This document shows, piece by piece, positions 11,773 through 23,481 of a stretch of 64,000 nucleotides of DNA; position 1 is the first letter of the stretch, and each line of letters opens with the position of its first letter. The position numbers were made by a program, and so were the translations under genes. This DNA comes from Ignavibacteriota bacterium. Its GTDB lineage: Bacteria > Bacteroidota > Ignavibacteria > UBA10030 > CAVZMI01. The stretch covers positions 1-64,000 of the forward strand of contig CAVZMI010000028.1 of assembly GCA_963776275.1 (NCBI GenBank), in the 5' to 3' direction. A model generated the notes under the pieces. The model saw only the letters and a program-made list of their open reading frames with translations, was not told where the DNA came from and did no database searches.

Positions 11773-12791
11773 CCAAGAAAGATTTAACCCGGACAGCAGT
11801 GGTTTGTTTGGTCAGCACAGTAATTGTGGCAGCCGCGTTGACGTTCGTAGACCCATCTCATTGGGTCATATACGTATACGACACGTTTGTTTTTTCGTGT
11901 TGCATCGGTATTTCAATTTCAATCCTCATTCATATTTTTTTACATCGGCTTAAACTGCTTTCTCTGATTCCCAGAACCGGCGCTCTGTTCGTTCTCTTTT
12001 TAATAGGCGGATTGGTCGGTACCGAGATCGGAACCATAATATTGAGAATGAATCTTGATATGCAAGATCATTTCCGACTTCTTCTTTTTAATCTACTTCT
12101 TGCGACAATTTTCGGAGGTATTGCTTTCCTCTATTTAACACTCCGGGGTAAGGTACAGCGTATGGCTGAAAAGCTGAAGGAGAAGGAGATCCAGGAAGAG
12201 AAACTCATGCGTCTCAAAATGCAGGCAGAATTAGAAGCGCTGCAAGCCAAGGTCAATCCGCATTTCCTTTTCAACACTCTCAACTCTATTGCCAGTCTCA
12301 TCTCCGAAAATCCGGCGGCGGCAGAAGAGACGGTCGAGAAACTATCGGAACTATTTCGGTATACTTTACAGAGCACGGTAAACAGTACCGTTAAACTTTC
12401 CGAGGAATTGGAAATTGTTCGCTTGTATCTTCAGATTGAAAAAATCCGGTTCGGGAACAGGCTGGAATTCGAAATCACAAGTGATGACCGGCTAAACAAC
12501 ATCGACGTACCGGCGCTTCTTATTCAACCGTTGGTGGAGAACAGCATTAAGCACGGTATTGCATTAGAAGTGCAGGGAGGCACGATCCGTGTCGAAGCAA
12601 AGCAGATTGATGAAGAATGCCATATTATAGTGACTGATTCCGGAAAAGGTTTTACGGCTGAAGCCGGTGAAACAGGCTTCGGATTGAAAAGTATCAGGGA
12701 GCGTTTAAAACTGCTCTACGGGGATAAGGCGACCTTGAACGTGTTTCACGATGGAAACACGCACATACATATCTCAATCCCCATTTCTTAA
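11769..12791 (+). CDS. LytS/YehU-family sensor histidine kinase
   Basis: N-terminal TM helices; LQAKVNPHFLFNTLN, LIQPLVENSIKHG, DSGKG, GFGL. ATG at 11769 overlaps the upstream stop (ATGA). Confidence 0.92.
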   Translation: MTKKDLTRTAVVCLVSTVIVAAALTFVDPSHWVIYVYDTFVFSCCIGISISILIHIFLHRLKLLSLIPRTGALFVLFLIGGLVGTEIGTIILRMNLDMQDHFRLLLFNLLLATIFGGIAFLYLTLRGKVQRMAEKLKEKEIQEEKLMRLKMQAELEALQAKVNPHFLFNTLNSIASLISENPAAAEETVEKLSELFRYTLQSTVNSTVKLSEELEIVRLYLQIEKIRFGNRLEFEITSDDRLNNIDVPALLIQPLVENSIKHGIALEVQGGTIRVEAKQIDEECHIIVTDSGKGFTAEAGETGFGLKSIRERLKLLYGDKATLNVFHDGNTHIHISIPIS

Positions 12792-12799
12792 GGCCCGCC

Positions 12800-13546
12800 A
12801 TGCATATTCGCGCGATAATTGTGGACGATGAAGAACTTGCCAGGAAGCGCTTGAGGAAGCTGCTCCGGAAATATCAGCCGGAAATGGAAATTATTGCTGA
12901 AGCGCAAAATGGTGAAGAAGCTGTTGATAAAATATCCACTCTGCGGCCTGAGGTGATTTTTCTGGACGTTCAGATGCCGGGATACGATGGATTTGAAGTC
13001 GTTCGCCGGTTACGGACGAAGCCCTTTATCGTTTTTGTCACGGCCTACAATGAATATGCGCTGAAAGCATTTGAAGAGAACTCGGTCGATTATCTGTTGA
13101 AACCGATAGAACAAAAACGTCTCGACAAGGCAGTGGAAAAACTTCGACGGCTTTTCGACAGCTCAAAGCTTCAATTTAACGAGAACATTGAACGCATGTT
13201 GTCGCAGCTCGTATCGCCATCGCTGCAGCGTATGAAAGTAAAAATCGGAGAAAAGATACTTCTTCTCGATCTTTCAGATGTTGTATATTTTGAGGCGAAG
13301 GATAAATACACGTTCCTCCATACATCAGACCGGGAGTATATGATCGATGAAACAATTACCGATCTCGAGGTCAAGCTGGACAAGTCCGATTTCATCCGCA
13401 TTCATCGCGCCGTCATCGTCAATGTGAAGTTCATTCGTGAACTTGTCAAGTGGTTTGCCGGACGATACAAAGTGAAACTCAAAGACAAGAGAGAAACCGA
13501 GCTTATTGTCAGTCGTCGGTACGCAGATCAGATCCGCCATCTGTAG
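12800..13546 (+). CDS. LytTR-family response regulator
   Basis: VDDE, FLDVQMP, FVTAY, DYLLKP receiver domain; FIRIHRAVIVN LytTR domain. Confidence 0.93.
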   Translation: MHIRAIIVDDEELARKRLRKLLRKYQPEMEIIAEAQNGEEAVDKISTLRPEVIFLDVQMPGYDGFEVVRRLRTKPFIVFVTAYNEYALKAFEENSVDYLLKPIEQKRLDKAVEKLRRLFDSSKLQFNENIERMLSQLVSPSLQRMKVKIGEKILLLDLSDVVYFEAKDKYTFLHTSDREYMIDETITDLEVKLDKSDFIRIHRAVIVNVKFIRELVKWFAGRYKVKLKDKRETELIVSRRYADQIRHL

Positions 13547-13604
13547 GTCTTGATTAAAAAGCCTTCGTGTACAACTTTTAAATGGTTCCCCCTTTTTGAC
13601 CCCT

Positions 13605-13694
13605 AAACCATTTTTTTATCGTGTGACGGTAGCCGCGGACTTCCTGAGTTCCGCGCAGGGCGCGGGACGATGGTACTTTAGTGCACGTCCGCGT
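13605..13694. repeat. REP-like repeat matching 6895-6943, with a 41-bp insert in the hairpin loop
   Basis: aaacc(t)n-atcgtgtgac-gtagccgcggacttc[insert 13644-13684]acgtccgcgt. Confidence 0.75.
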
Positions 13695-13924
13695 TTAATA
13701 AAAATTTTTTGAATAGTGTCTCGCAGTCTTCTTTTATTTCAATTTCTTTTCCTTGCGATGGCGCAATTCTCGAAGGAGGAATAAGATTGTGTTTGTAATT
13801 TACCATCAAACGTATATATTGATTTATTATTCCGCCGATAGGCAATGACCTGAGAATTATATTTTAATTGGTACACAAAAGGTCTATTTATCTTTTAGCA
13901 ACTATTTCTGGAAAGGACGATACT

Positions 13925-15810
13925 ATGAGATTAAGCCACTCTTTTCAAAAGAGAGCGAAATGGTATAAACTGCTTCATGTTGCCGGCATCTCCATCTGTA
14001 TAATCTTCGGTTCTTTGTCTGCAACAGCACAACCCTCTGGTGGTCCCTATGGCCCAATTCGGCAAACATATGAATTACCGGGGGGATCAGGTAAAATTTT
14101 CTTTGTAGCACCCGATGGAAAAATTGAAAATTCAGGCGAATCGCTTGACCGGCCTACCACGATCGAGGCAGCGGTGGAGCGGGTAACGACCGGTGATGCT
14201 GTTGTGATGCGAGGAGGTACCTATCGTACCGGCAACCTGGTATTGAACCAGGGTATCACTCTGCAACCCTATGCCGACGAGCAACCGGTCTTGAAGGGAA
14301 CATTTGTTGCAACAGAATGGAAGGCCCTGGGAAACGGATTATGGAAAACCTCCTGGCTCCATCTATTTCCGGCCAAACCCGATCCCTGGTGGGACCGTGA
14401 CAAGTATGGGAAGGAAACGCCGCTGTATCGTTTCAACAACGACATGGTGTTCGTGGACGGTAAGTTTCTGCAAGCAGTCGGCCGGGAAGGAGATGTCGAT
14501 GAGAATTCATATTATATCGACTACGATGCGGGTCAGGTATATATCGGAACCGATCCGGCAAAACGATTGGTGGAAATCACGGCTTTTGATATTGCGCTGA
14601 AAAGAACAACCGGGGAATGCCACGGAAAAATTTCAGACCACAATGGACCGACCATCAGGGGAATTACGTTTACTCAATATGCCTACAGGGCCATCGATAT
14701 CGAAGGAACGGAACCGGTGGGTTTGTCCGGTGAGTCCGAGCATGGAAAAGAAGTTGTGGGTTCAACGTTAGAGAACTGTGCCATCACATTCTGTTCACGT
14801 GTAGCCGCGTATCTCAGAGGAGATCATTTAACGATCCGGCAGTGTAAGGTGAGCGATACAAGTACCGAAGGCGTCTATATTAAAGGTTCGTCCGACGTTC
14901 TATTGGAAAAAAATATTTTCAGTCGCAACAATATCGAAAGAATAACCGGATATTATCCAGCGGCGGTGAAGATTTTTGATCAATGCTACCGCGTTACCTG
15001 CCGTGACAACCTGATCATAGACCTGCCCTATTCAAACGGCATCTGGTACGACGTCGGCAATGTGGACGGCCGTTTTCTCAACAACTGGGTCGAAGGCGTG
15101 GGCAACATACACAGGGAGTTTCGCAATGACAGGCCGTGGCCAAGCGACAACGGATTCTTTTTCGAAATATCGAAAGGAGCGGTGTGCGCCGGAAATGTGT
15201 TCGTCAATTGCGATCAGGGGATTTATATCCTCAACAGTTCGGATGTTCATGTATACCAGAACACACTCGTCAATAGTACCGTATGTATTGCGCGGAATGA
15301 TAGGAGTCCGGCCACCGATGTAATGTTCGGCTGGCATTCCGGCACAGGCCCGACGTTGACAAACGGGACGGTCATGTTTTTGTGAATAACCTGCTCACCG
15401 GGGACAATAATTACCACAGGCCTCTTATATTTTTCTGGCAGCCGGCTGTTCTGTGTGAGAGATTCGATAAACCGATGTTAAAACAATTCGATAATAATGT
15501 GTATGTGCGGTACACGGACAAGGACTCCTGGCCGTTGATTATCTGGAGTCCTGCGCCGAACAACAATTGCCAGCTCGCGCTCGATTCGCCGGAGGGTCTG
15601 CAGAAACTCTATCCGGAATTTTCGGTTCGCAGCCGGTATTTCCCGGATGATGTACCTTTATTCAAGAGCCGGGAGTTGGGCAATTACCAGCTATTACAAT
15701 CATTTCCGGGAACGAAAGAGGCATCTTCACTGCCTGCTGAAATCAGCAAGCTTCTCGGACTCAACAAAAAGGAGGTCAAGTATATCGGAGCTTATCCTCC
15801 GGTTCCATGA
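13925..15810 (+). CDS. Secreted right-handed parallel beta-helix (pectate-lyase-like) protein, frameshift near 15350
   Basis: Signal peptide; FFVAPDG...PTTIEAA...[12 protein letters not shown]; repeated NN/GI beta-helix turns. Adding one C gives [19 protein letters not shown], which joins ORF 15382..15810. Confidence 0.8.
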
Positions 15811-15848
15811 ACTTTGTGTGTACATTTATTGAGGAGGATTGTGTAAAG

Positions 15849-16397
15849 ATGAATGAGAGAAATATTATCCCGAGCGAGGTCATCGAAAAAAGAATATTTC
15901 TGATCCGTGGACATAAGGTGATGTTGGACTTTCACATTGCGGAGCTCTACGGAGTAGAGACAAAAGCTCTCAAGAGGGCAGTGAAACGGAATAGAGACCG
16001 TTTCCCTATTGATTTTTGTTTTGAGTTGACCTCTGAAGAATTTCAGCACTTGAGGTACCAACTTGGCACCTCAAGATGGGGCGGTGCACGCTATTCTCCT
16101 TATGCATTTACTGAGCAAGGAGTAGCAATGCTTTCGAGTGTATTGCAAAGCAAACGTGCAATCCAGGTCAATATCGAAATAATGAGAGCATTCGTAAAAC
16201 TACGAGAGATATTGGCAAGCCATAAAGATCTTGCCCGAAAGCTTGAGGAACTTGAAAAGAAATACGATTCACAATTTCGAGTTGTTTTTGACGCTATACG
16301 GCAGCTCATGGAGCCGCCTGAAAAGCCAAGGCGAGAAATAGGATTCCATGTAAAAGAAACCGTTGCACGATACAAAGCGAGAAAGAACCTGAAATGA
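15849..16397 (+). CDS. ORF6N-domain DNA-binding protein
   Basis: [35 protein letters not shown] and [16 protein letters not shown]; start placed after GAGGAGG. Confidence 0.88.
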   Translation: MNERNIIPSEVIEKRIFLIRGHKVMLDFHIAELYGVETKALKRAVKRNRDRFPIDFCFELTSEEFQHLRYQLGTSRWGGARYSPYAFTEQGVAMLSSVLQSKRAIQVNIEIMRAFVKLREILASHKDLARKLEELEKKYDSQFRVVFDAIRQLMEPPEKPRREIGFHVKETVARYKARKNLK

Positions 16398-16419
16398 TGA
16401 TTCGATGTTGGCGGGATGA

Positions 16420-16720
16420 ATATAGGGATTGTTCGTAACTATATTCTGAGTCAGGAAGAACACCATTGGAGAAAGACATATACTGAAGAGTACTAGGAAT
16501 TTATGCAGCAATACCACGGTCAGTATGATGGGTTAAAACCCGCGGGAGAGAGGGGAGATTCAATTGCCACGAACTTCAGTTCGTGGATTGTAAAAAGAAA
16601 AATAGATGGGTTTTAACCATATATTAAAAAGCCGCATGCTAAATATATGGGGACTAAAGTCCATTTGAGATTGGATTTTATTTTTCACGACCTGAAGGTC
16701 GTGGTAATAACTAATAATAA
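16420..16720 (+). mobile_element. 3' remnant of the IS200-type TnpA element with terminal REP-like hairpins
   Basis: Closely matches 53910-54050 and 54110-54480 (IGIVRNYILSQEEHHWRKTY...); ttgccacgaacttcagttcgtgg and cacgacctgaaggtcgtgg hairpins. Confidence 0.8.
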
Positions 16721-16804
16721 TGTTTTAACCAAATAATTCCACCTACATTTCATTTCTTTTAGTAATAGATTAAGATTCGCTTAGGTTGCTAAAATAAAAT
16801 CCCA

Positions 16805-16980
16805 ACTTGTGTCGAGCTTGCAGCGAGCCCCTCGACCCCTCGGCAAGCTCGGGGTAAACACGCTCGGGGCAGGCTTGCTCGCCGTGAGCGGAGCCCTGAG
16901 CTTGTCGAAGGGTGTCGAACGGTCGAACCACTTGTGGTGAGCGAACCCTGAACGTAGTGAAGGGTGAGTCGAACCATCTA
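16805..16980. repeat. Nested short palindromes of the ctgagcttgtcgaag / ttcgac...ctcacc family
   Basis: The same motif family recurs at 46700-47060, 47240-47350 and 49900-49950. Confidence 0.65.
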
Positions 16981-17071
16981 TCGAGATATCGGCAAGTGCT
17001 GTTCGGGATTTTTCTATGATTGGCCCTACCGATGTTGTCACTCTGCGGGGATGACGATTAACATATACTTC

Positions 17072-19293
17072 TCATCTATCGATGAGTGATAGACAATGAA
17101 CTCCCGGCGGCGCTAACACAATAACATGCTTCTCGTTTTGTATAATCGGAAGGTCGACCACAGCACCGTCTAGTACTATGACAGCAGGTCGTCTACTCAA
17201 TGTAAGTGCGCATCGTGCGGGTGATTCGTACTTCACTTTGAGGCTATCTCCTTCTTGACGGCACTCCAGAAGCTCATCCGAAATTGAAACCAATCGGATC
17301 CCGGTTCCATAAATGCAAGTTGTGTCATTCATCTCACGAAAAACCAGCCTATGCTTCCCCCGTGGAATCAGAATACCTTCCTCACCGTAACACATCCATG
17401 GTTTCCCGTCCAAAAGAAACCGGCCCTTCATTTGCACGGAGGTGAGTGTCACGGTGTAGGGGGTGTTGATGAGCAATTCCGAACCCTCCTTATCGGATGT
17501 CAGCCCTGGCGGCCATGGCATATGGAAGAATCTCCCAGTCATGACTGAAGACGGTAGACTCAGAATAGAAGCATACTCGTGAACTCTGATCGGCCGCTGC
17601 TCCCCAAAGCTGGAAGATCTCGGAACCGGTTGGTTGTGATATCGAGTAGCCTTTCTCCTCAGGTGAATGCACAGGCACAACATTGATGTCGATGATGAAC
17701 GGATGATCTCCGAGAAACCGACGGTAAGTCTCTCCTAACCTGGAATAGCGCTCGGGTGGTTTGGTCCACTCCATGTAAGGGTCTTCAACCTGCAATGTCA
17801 TCTGTATACTCTTTTACCAGTTCAAGCGTGTTGTGCAAATCATAACCCAATAGTTGATCGAACTCGGGGTGAAGTGAATTATCCGCGATGGTAAGGATCA
17901 TTTCCCAATTGCGTCTCTGCCGCCTGTTGAGACTGTCCAGATCTTTTATGACTTGCCTCAATAAGCCATTGTTGACCTCAACCCGATACTGGTAAAAAGC
18001 GCTTAGCGCGGCGGTGTCTCTCAACCAATAATGCTGACTGGTTGTATCGAACAATTCAATTTGATCAAAGCCCTGAAGTTTCTTGAATTCGGCACGAGCA
18101 GTCGGACTGAAGCCTGTAAAGTATTCAGGCCGAGGAGGTCCTTCAAGAGCCTGCGAACCCATACCTGTAATCGAGAACTCAGCGATGTCAATACCATCCC
18201 AATCGTTCTCAAGCAGTAATCCGAGATCATTCATGGCAGCTTGCATGCAAAGCGGATTCTGAAAGTCCATCAAATAGAGAAAATCCAGATGCGCATCCTG
18301 GAGCAGGGCGTTCTTTTGACGCCACTCGGGATGGAGATCCCAAAACTTCCTTCCGACGTAAGGCCATTCGAGCCAGGCATAGACAAGAATTCCGTTCTGA
18401 TGCGCAGCCTTGATCAGCCGGGTGTAATCGTAGGGTGTTTGATTATAAAAATACCATACCGCTGCATGGATTGCACGGATGCCCCATTGCCGCCACTGCC
18501 GTGCAAGTGTTTCGATCGGAATGTTGTATCGATAACCCGGGTCAAAGTAAGCATCGGCTCCCTGTCGTCGAAAGGCAGGCTTTCGATGCAAGACGTTGAC
18601 AATGAGATAAGGGAAATTTGGAAAGCGCGCATATCCCTTTCCTGAAATAGGATCAAACGGAGGGGCAAAATAAATACATTGTCCTTTGCCAAAACGTTTT
18701 GTAATAGCCAACGGATAACCGTGGTTGCGATCCGAAATGAGGAGATCCCCATTCCGCCTGGAGAAATTTTTAATCCATGCAACGCGCGGTGTGTCCGCCC
18801 AGTGGGGCTTGAGTTCTGGTAGGAGATGATCCACTAAATCAGCCACAGGCACAGGCTCTCCTAATTGTAAGCCCATCGCGTGAGAGAGAGGACTCTCTCC
18901 ATCGGTGATCAGGGTGAGGCCGAGCTGCAGGCTCTTCATAATTGCCTTGATGCTTCTCCCGGATAAAGACCGGGCAGAAGTCCGCGGAATAATGAGCAAT
19001 GTGTTCGGATCAAAACGGTGCTTCATCAGATCACCGGGATCGCTGCGAACCACATCGAACCCGATGCTCTCGAGGGTGGTCAGGAAACTCTGCTGGTCGA
19101 TAGCATCTTCACCGGAGGCTTTCGAATTCCACAGGAGCACAGTTTCAAAAACGCCATCCGGAAGTTTTTGGGAGTGGGCTGCATGGTTAAAAGAGAAAAT
19201 CAAAAGGCAGAGGCAAACGATCCTCAATACCGATGTACATCGGAGGCATTTTTCTTTTTTTTCAGGAGATTTTTTTTTGGTTATCGTATCCAC
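17072..19293 (-). CDS. Secreted putative glycoside-hydrolase-like (TIM-barrel) protein, split by two frameshifts (~17803, ~17494)
   Basis: Three overlapping ORFs read as one protein: signal peptide; LIKAAHQNGILVYAWLEWP, DWDGIDIAE, TLQVEDP, DINVV. Family assignment is tentative. Confidence 0.55.
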
Positions 19294-19435
19294 ATTCTGC
19301 TCAATTTATATGAAAATAGATGGGAATTCAACAATAAAGTTGTGATTTTTCCGCTTCTGGTCTAAATGCAATACGTGATTTTTCCTTTTAAAAGTCCGCT
19401 CCTCCTCATTTCTTGCTTTCTTTTAATGGTCTTAT

Positions 19436-19499
19436 CCCATTGGTTTAGTAGTCTTAACCCATCGGTTCAGTCGAAAATCCATAACATTCTTCGTAGTAT
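19436..19499 (+). promoter_or_regulatory. Direct-repeat operator plus -10-like element upstream of the TonB-dependent receptor
   Basis: CCCATTGGTTTAGT (19436) and CCCATCGGTTCAGT (19458), 22-bp spacing; TAGTAT at 19494. Confidence 0.5.
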
Positions 19500-19544
19500 A
19501 TCACAGCATGTAATAAAATCTAAAATCAATTTAGAAGGGTTACA

Positions 19545-21842
19545 ATGAAACTGAATGTTTCTTTGATCTTCATGGTTTTATTCCTTTTACCATTGCGCAT
19601 CCAGGCACAGACAAACCAGCCGAAAGGAACAATCAAAGGGAAGGTTGTAGACGGCGAATCGAAGCTTGATTTGGCCGGAGCACAAATATTCATCAGGGAA
19701 AATAAGGCTACAACATCTACGGACGACAAAGGGCAGTTCGAGATAAAAGGTATTCCCGTCGGGAGTTATTCGATCACGTGCAGTTACATTGGTTATGAAA
19801 AGATTCTCAAGACGGATATCATTGTTCGAACAGAACGAATTACATTTGTGAATATCGAAATGCAGGTCGCATTGATCGAAGTATCCGGGGTCACCGTCGA
19901 CGCCGGCTACTTTGCCGAAATCCAAACACAACCGTTGAGTACCATCAATTTTTCATCTGAAGAAATTCGGCGTTCACCGGGTGCAGCCGGTGATGTCAGC
20001 AGGATCATTTTTGGTCTCCCGTCGCTAGCAAAACTGAATGATACAAAAAATTCTCTGATCGTTCGCGGGGGAAGTCCGGTGGAGAACGGATTCTATGTCG
20101 ACAATATCGAAATTCCCAACATAAATCATTTCCCTACACAGGGGTCGACGGAAGGGCCGATAGGGATTCTGAATGTAGATTTTATCGAAGACGTGAATTT
20201 TAACTGCGGCGGCTTTACGGCGGACTATGGCAGCAAATTGTCGTCGATTATGAATGTCAAATTCCGTGAAGGAAATCGCAACACGACAGACGTCCAGCTC
20301 GATATGAGCATGCAGGGATTTGGCGGAATGATGGAAGGACCTCTCATTAAAGGACAGGGTTCGTATTTAATATCAGTCCGGAGAAGTTACCTTGATTTAA
20401 TCCTCGATTTAATGAATGAAAAAGTCGGCATTCCTACCTACAGCGATGTGCAGGGAAAGATCACCTACGATCTTTCGGAACAGCATAAGCTATCATTCAT
20501 TGATGTGTTTTCCGATGACAAACAGGTTATGAACCAGAAAAATGCCATCGACAGCGACATCAATATCTATCCGATAGATCATTCGTATGCCAATACCGGC
20601 GGTGTAAACTGGCAATGGATATGGGGGAAGAACGGTTTTTCCAATACCTCGATTGCACACACATATTCCAGCACGGAAGTTAGTTGGCTTCAGGCGCGGG
20701 ACGCAAAGCTTTTACTCAAGAATTCATCCATCGAGCAGGAATGGAAAATCCGTAATGTCAGCCATTGGATACTTGATGCTGAGAATAAAATCAACTTTGG
20801 TTTCGATATAAAATATAACGTCATAGATTATTCCCAGGTTTATAGCGACTATCAGAATGCATTGGGAAATAAGACACCTGCAATGGTTGTGAATCAATCG
20901 ATTCGGTCACCGCAAGGCGGGATATTTGTGTCCTATTCCCTTCAATTAGCGAATAGGTTGACGATATCTCCCGGCGGGAGAATTGATTACTATAAATATA
21001 ATAACGATGTGAAAATATCTCCGCGGTTTTCACTCACATACCATTTCACGGACATTACATCTCTCACAGGCACATATGGAATCTATTATCAAAATATTCC
21101 CTGGATCATAGCCGCACAGAATTCAGATTTCCGCAACCTGAAAACACCGCGAGCTGATCATTACGTGCTTTCCTTCAATCATCTATTAACCGAAAGTACA
21201 AAGCTGACTGTGGAACTCTACGATAAAGAATATAGGTACTTTCCGATGGATCCGACGCAGCCAAACCTGTTCTTGTTCGATGAAGCTGTGGTGGAGGGAA
21301 TATTTCTGAATCACGCGAGCCTTGTGAGTGCCGGAGATGCACGAAGCAGAGGAGTGGAAGTAACGGTACAGAAAAAGATGGCGGAAAATATTTATGGATT
21401 GATTGCCGGTTCATACTATAGATCGAAGTATAAGGGGTTAAATGGAACATGGTACGAACGGGTGTACGATAATAAATTCAACTTTTCGATTGAAGGCGGA
21501 TATAAATTGGATGAGAAATGGGAGTTCAGCCTCCGGTGGCTCTATGCAGGCGGTGCGCCCTATACTCCGTTTGATGAGCAGACCTCGTTGGCTTCGCATA
21601 AGGGAGTCTTTGATGCTGCGAGAATCAACGCAGCACGTCTTCCCGATTTCCATTCATTGAATATTCGGGTTGACAAGAGATATTACTTCACATCGACAAC
21701 GCTTACGGTATATCTTAGCATATGGAATGCGTACAACCGAAGAAATATTTCTTCATATACATGGAATGAAATGAAAGATAAAATTATGGAAGAACAAATG
21801 TGGGGAATACTACCGGTGTTCGGCATCAAATATGAATTTTAA
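19545..21842 (+). CDS. TonB-dependent receptor
   Basis: Carboxypeptidase-regulatory-like N-terminal domain (GTIKGKVVD), plug VRGGSPVEN...PNINHF, barrel ending GIKYEF. Confidence 0.92.
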   Translation: MKLNVSLIFMVLFLLPLRIQAQTNQPKGTIKGKVVDGESKLDLAGAQIFIRENKATTSTDDKGQFEIKGIPVGSYSITCSYIGYEKILKTDIIVRTERITFVNIEMQVALIEVSGVTVDAGYFAEIQTQPLSTINFSSEEIRRSPGAAGDVSRIIFGLPSLAKLNDTKNSLIVRGGSPVENGFYVDNIEIPNINHFPTQGSTEGPIGILNVDFIEDVNFNCGGFTADYGSKLSSIMNVKFREGNRNTTDVQLDMSMQGFGGMMEGPLIKGQGSYLISVRRSYLDLILDLMNEKVGIPTYSDVQGKITYDLSEQHKLSFIDVFSDDKQVMNQKNAIDSDINIYPIDHSYANTGGVNWQWIWGKNGFSNTSIAHTYSSTEVSWLQARDAKLLLKNSSIEQEWKIRNVSHWILDAENKINFGFDIKYNVIDYSQVYSDYQNALGNKTPAMVVNQSIRSPQGGIFVSYSLQLANRLTISPGGRIDYYKYNNDVKISPRFSLTYHFTDITSLTGTYGIYYQNIPWIIAAQNSDFRNLKTPRADHYVLSFNHLLTESTKLTVELYDKEYRYFPMDPTQPNLFLFDEAVVEGIFLNHASLVSAGDARSRGVEVTVQKKMAENIYGLIAGSYYRSKYKGLNGTWYERVYDNKFNFSIEGGYKLDEKWEFSLRWLYAGGAPYTPFDEQTSLASHKGVFDAARINAARLPDFHSLNIRVDKRYYFTSTTLTVYLSIWNAYNRRNISSYTWNEMKDKIMEEQMWGILPVFGIKYEF

Positions 21843-21875
21843 TGTATTCTTAGAAATTCTAAAAAGGAGTAGACG

Positions 21876-23429
21876 ATGAAACGGACAATAATTTTTTTAT
21901 CACTCTTAACTATACTCCTGATGATAACATCGGGGTGCGGTGGTAGTGCATTCACTTATCCGGAACCTTCCACGGAAAAAGTCGATGGCGCATTTGTCTC
22001 CAAAGTGGGAACCGTAAAAATCGAATCCACCGAATACGCAGCAGATTTTGGAACTATTATAGTATCGGAAAATAGGAACAAAGCAACTTCGAGGTTTATC
22101 GATCTTCCGGTTGTACGAATTCACTCAAGTTCGAAAAATCCGTGCGAACCGATTTTTTGCCTTTCCGGCGGCCCCGGTCAAAAAAATATGGATTGGGATT
22201 GGAAATCCATGTGGTACTTGCTTCCCGACCATGACATAGTAATAGTCGGGTACAGGGGTGTGGACGGTTCAACGGTGCTCGACTGCCCGGAAGTGGCACA
22301 GGCATTCAAAGGCAACGGCGATCTGTTCGGTGAAGAATCCATGAAAACAATCGAACGTGCCTGGCGCGCAAGTGCAAAACGGCTCACCTCACAGGGAATT
22401 GATTTGGATGGCTACACAATGATTGAATGTATTGAAGATAATGAAGCGGCTCGCAAGGCACTTGGCTACGAGCGTATCAACCTCATAAGCGGAAGTTACG
22501 GTACCCGCATTGCCTATCTGTACGGTCTCAAGCATCCGGAAAGCATAAACAGATCTGTAATGATTAGTGTTAATCCTCCGGGACGTTTTGTGTGGGAACC
22601 TGAAATGATCGATAGGCAATTAAAGCGCTACTCCGAGCTTTGGTCGCAAGACTCCATTATGTCCTTAAAAAGCAAGGATCTTTATGCAGATATGCAGAGT
22701 GTTTTGACTAATATGCCTCGTAGGTGGCTCTCGTTTTCGATCGACCCGGGAAAAGTGAAAGTGGTGACATTTTTTCTTCTCTTTCAGCGTAAAACCGCAG
22801 CGATGGTCTTCGATGCCTATGTAGCAGCTAAACAGGGGGATCCGAGCGGACTTGCGCTGATGTCGCTTGCGTATAATTATGTTGTACCTTCCAGCAGCAT
22901 ATGGGGTGATGGCTCGAAAGCGGTCAGTGCGGATTTCGATTCCACGCGCAACTATTACCTCGATATGGAGCCGCCAAATTTTCCTTTGGGCTCGCCCGCG
23001 AGCAAGCTGCAATGGGGTCCTGTAACCATCGAGTCCTGGCCGATGCAGCAGATACCGGAGGAATTTCGGCAGTTGCGGCACTCTGATGTGGAAACGTTGC
23101 TCTTGAGCGGCAGCATTGATTTTTCGACACCGGCTGAATATGCAACGAAGGAATTGCTGCCCTACTTGAAAAATGGAAAGCAGGTTATTCTCTCCGAATG
23201 CGGCCATTTCGGCGATGTGGTGTATCTTAATCCGGAAAACACCAGGCGCATCATAAGCAGCTTCTATCGTACCGGTGTGCCGGACACGTCAATGAACGCT
23301 TATAACAAAATGGATTTTAATGTGAGCTGGGGTTTTCCTAAGCTAGCAAAAGTTGCTGCCGGAACTTTGGCTGTCTTAGGAACCGCTGCAGTCGTAGGGC
23401 TCGCATTTCTTATAAAAAAAGTGTGGTGA
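21876..23429 (+). CDS. Alpha/beta hydrolase (TAP-like peptidase/esterase) lipoprotein
   Basis: Lipobox-like TSGC, LSGGPG, YRGVD, nucleophile SGSYG, DFSTP, CGH, C-terminal TM helix. Confidence 0.85.
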   Translation: MKRTIIFLSLLTILLMITSGCGGSAFTYPEPSTEKVDGAFVSKVGTVKIESTEYAADFGTIIVSENRNKATSRFIDLPVVRIHSSSKNPCEPIFCLSGGPGQKNMDWDWKSMWYLLPDHDIVIVGYRGVDGSTVLDCPEVAQAFKGNGDLFGEESMKTIERAWRASAKRLTSQGIDLDGYTMIECIEDNEAARKALGYERINLISGSYGTRIAYLYGLKHPESINRSVMISVNPPGRFVWEPEMIDRQLKRYSELWSQDSIMSLKSKDLYADMQSVLTNMPRRWLSFSIDPGKVKVVTFFLLFQRKTAAMVFDAYVAAKQGDPSGLALMSLAYNYVVPSSSIWGDGSKAVSADFDSTRNYYLDMEPPNFPLGSPASKLQWGPVTIESWPMQQIPEEFRQLRHSDVETLLLSGSIDFSTPAEYATKELLPYLKNGKQVILSECGHFGDVVYLNPENTRRIISSFYRTGVPDTSMNAYNKMDFNVSWGFPKLAKVAAGTLAVLGTAAVVGLAFLIKKVW

Positions 23430-23481
23430 TTCTTGAACGGAGGACCAGCGTTACATTGGTGAGATGAAAATAGAATTCGAC

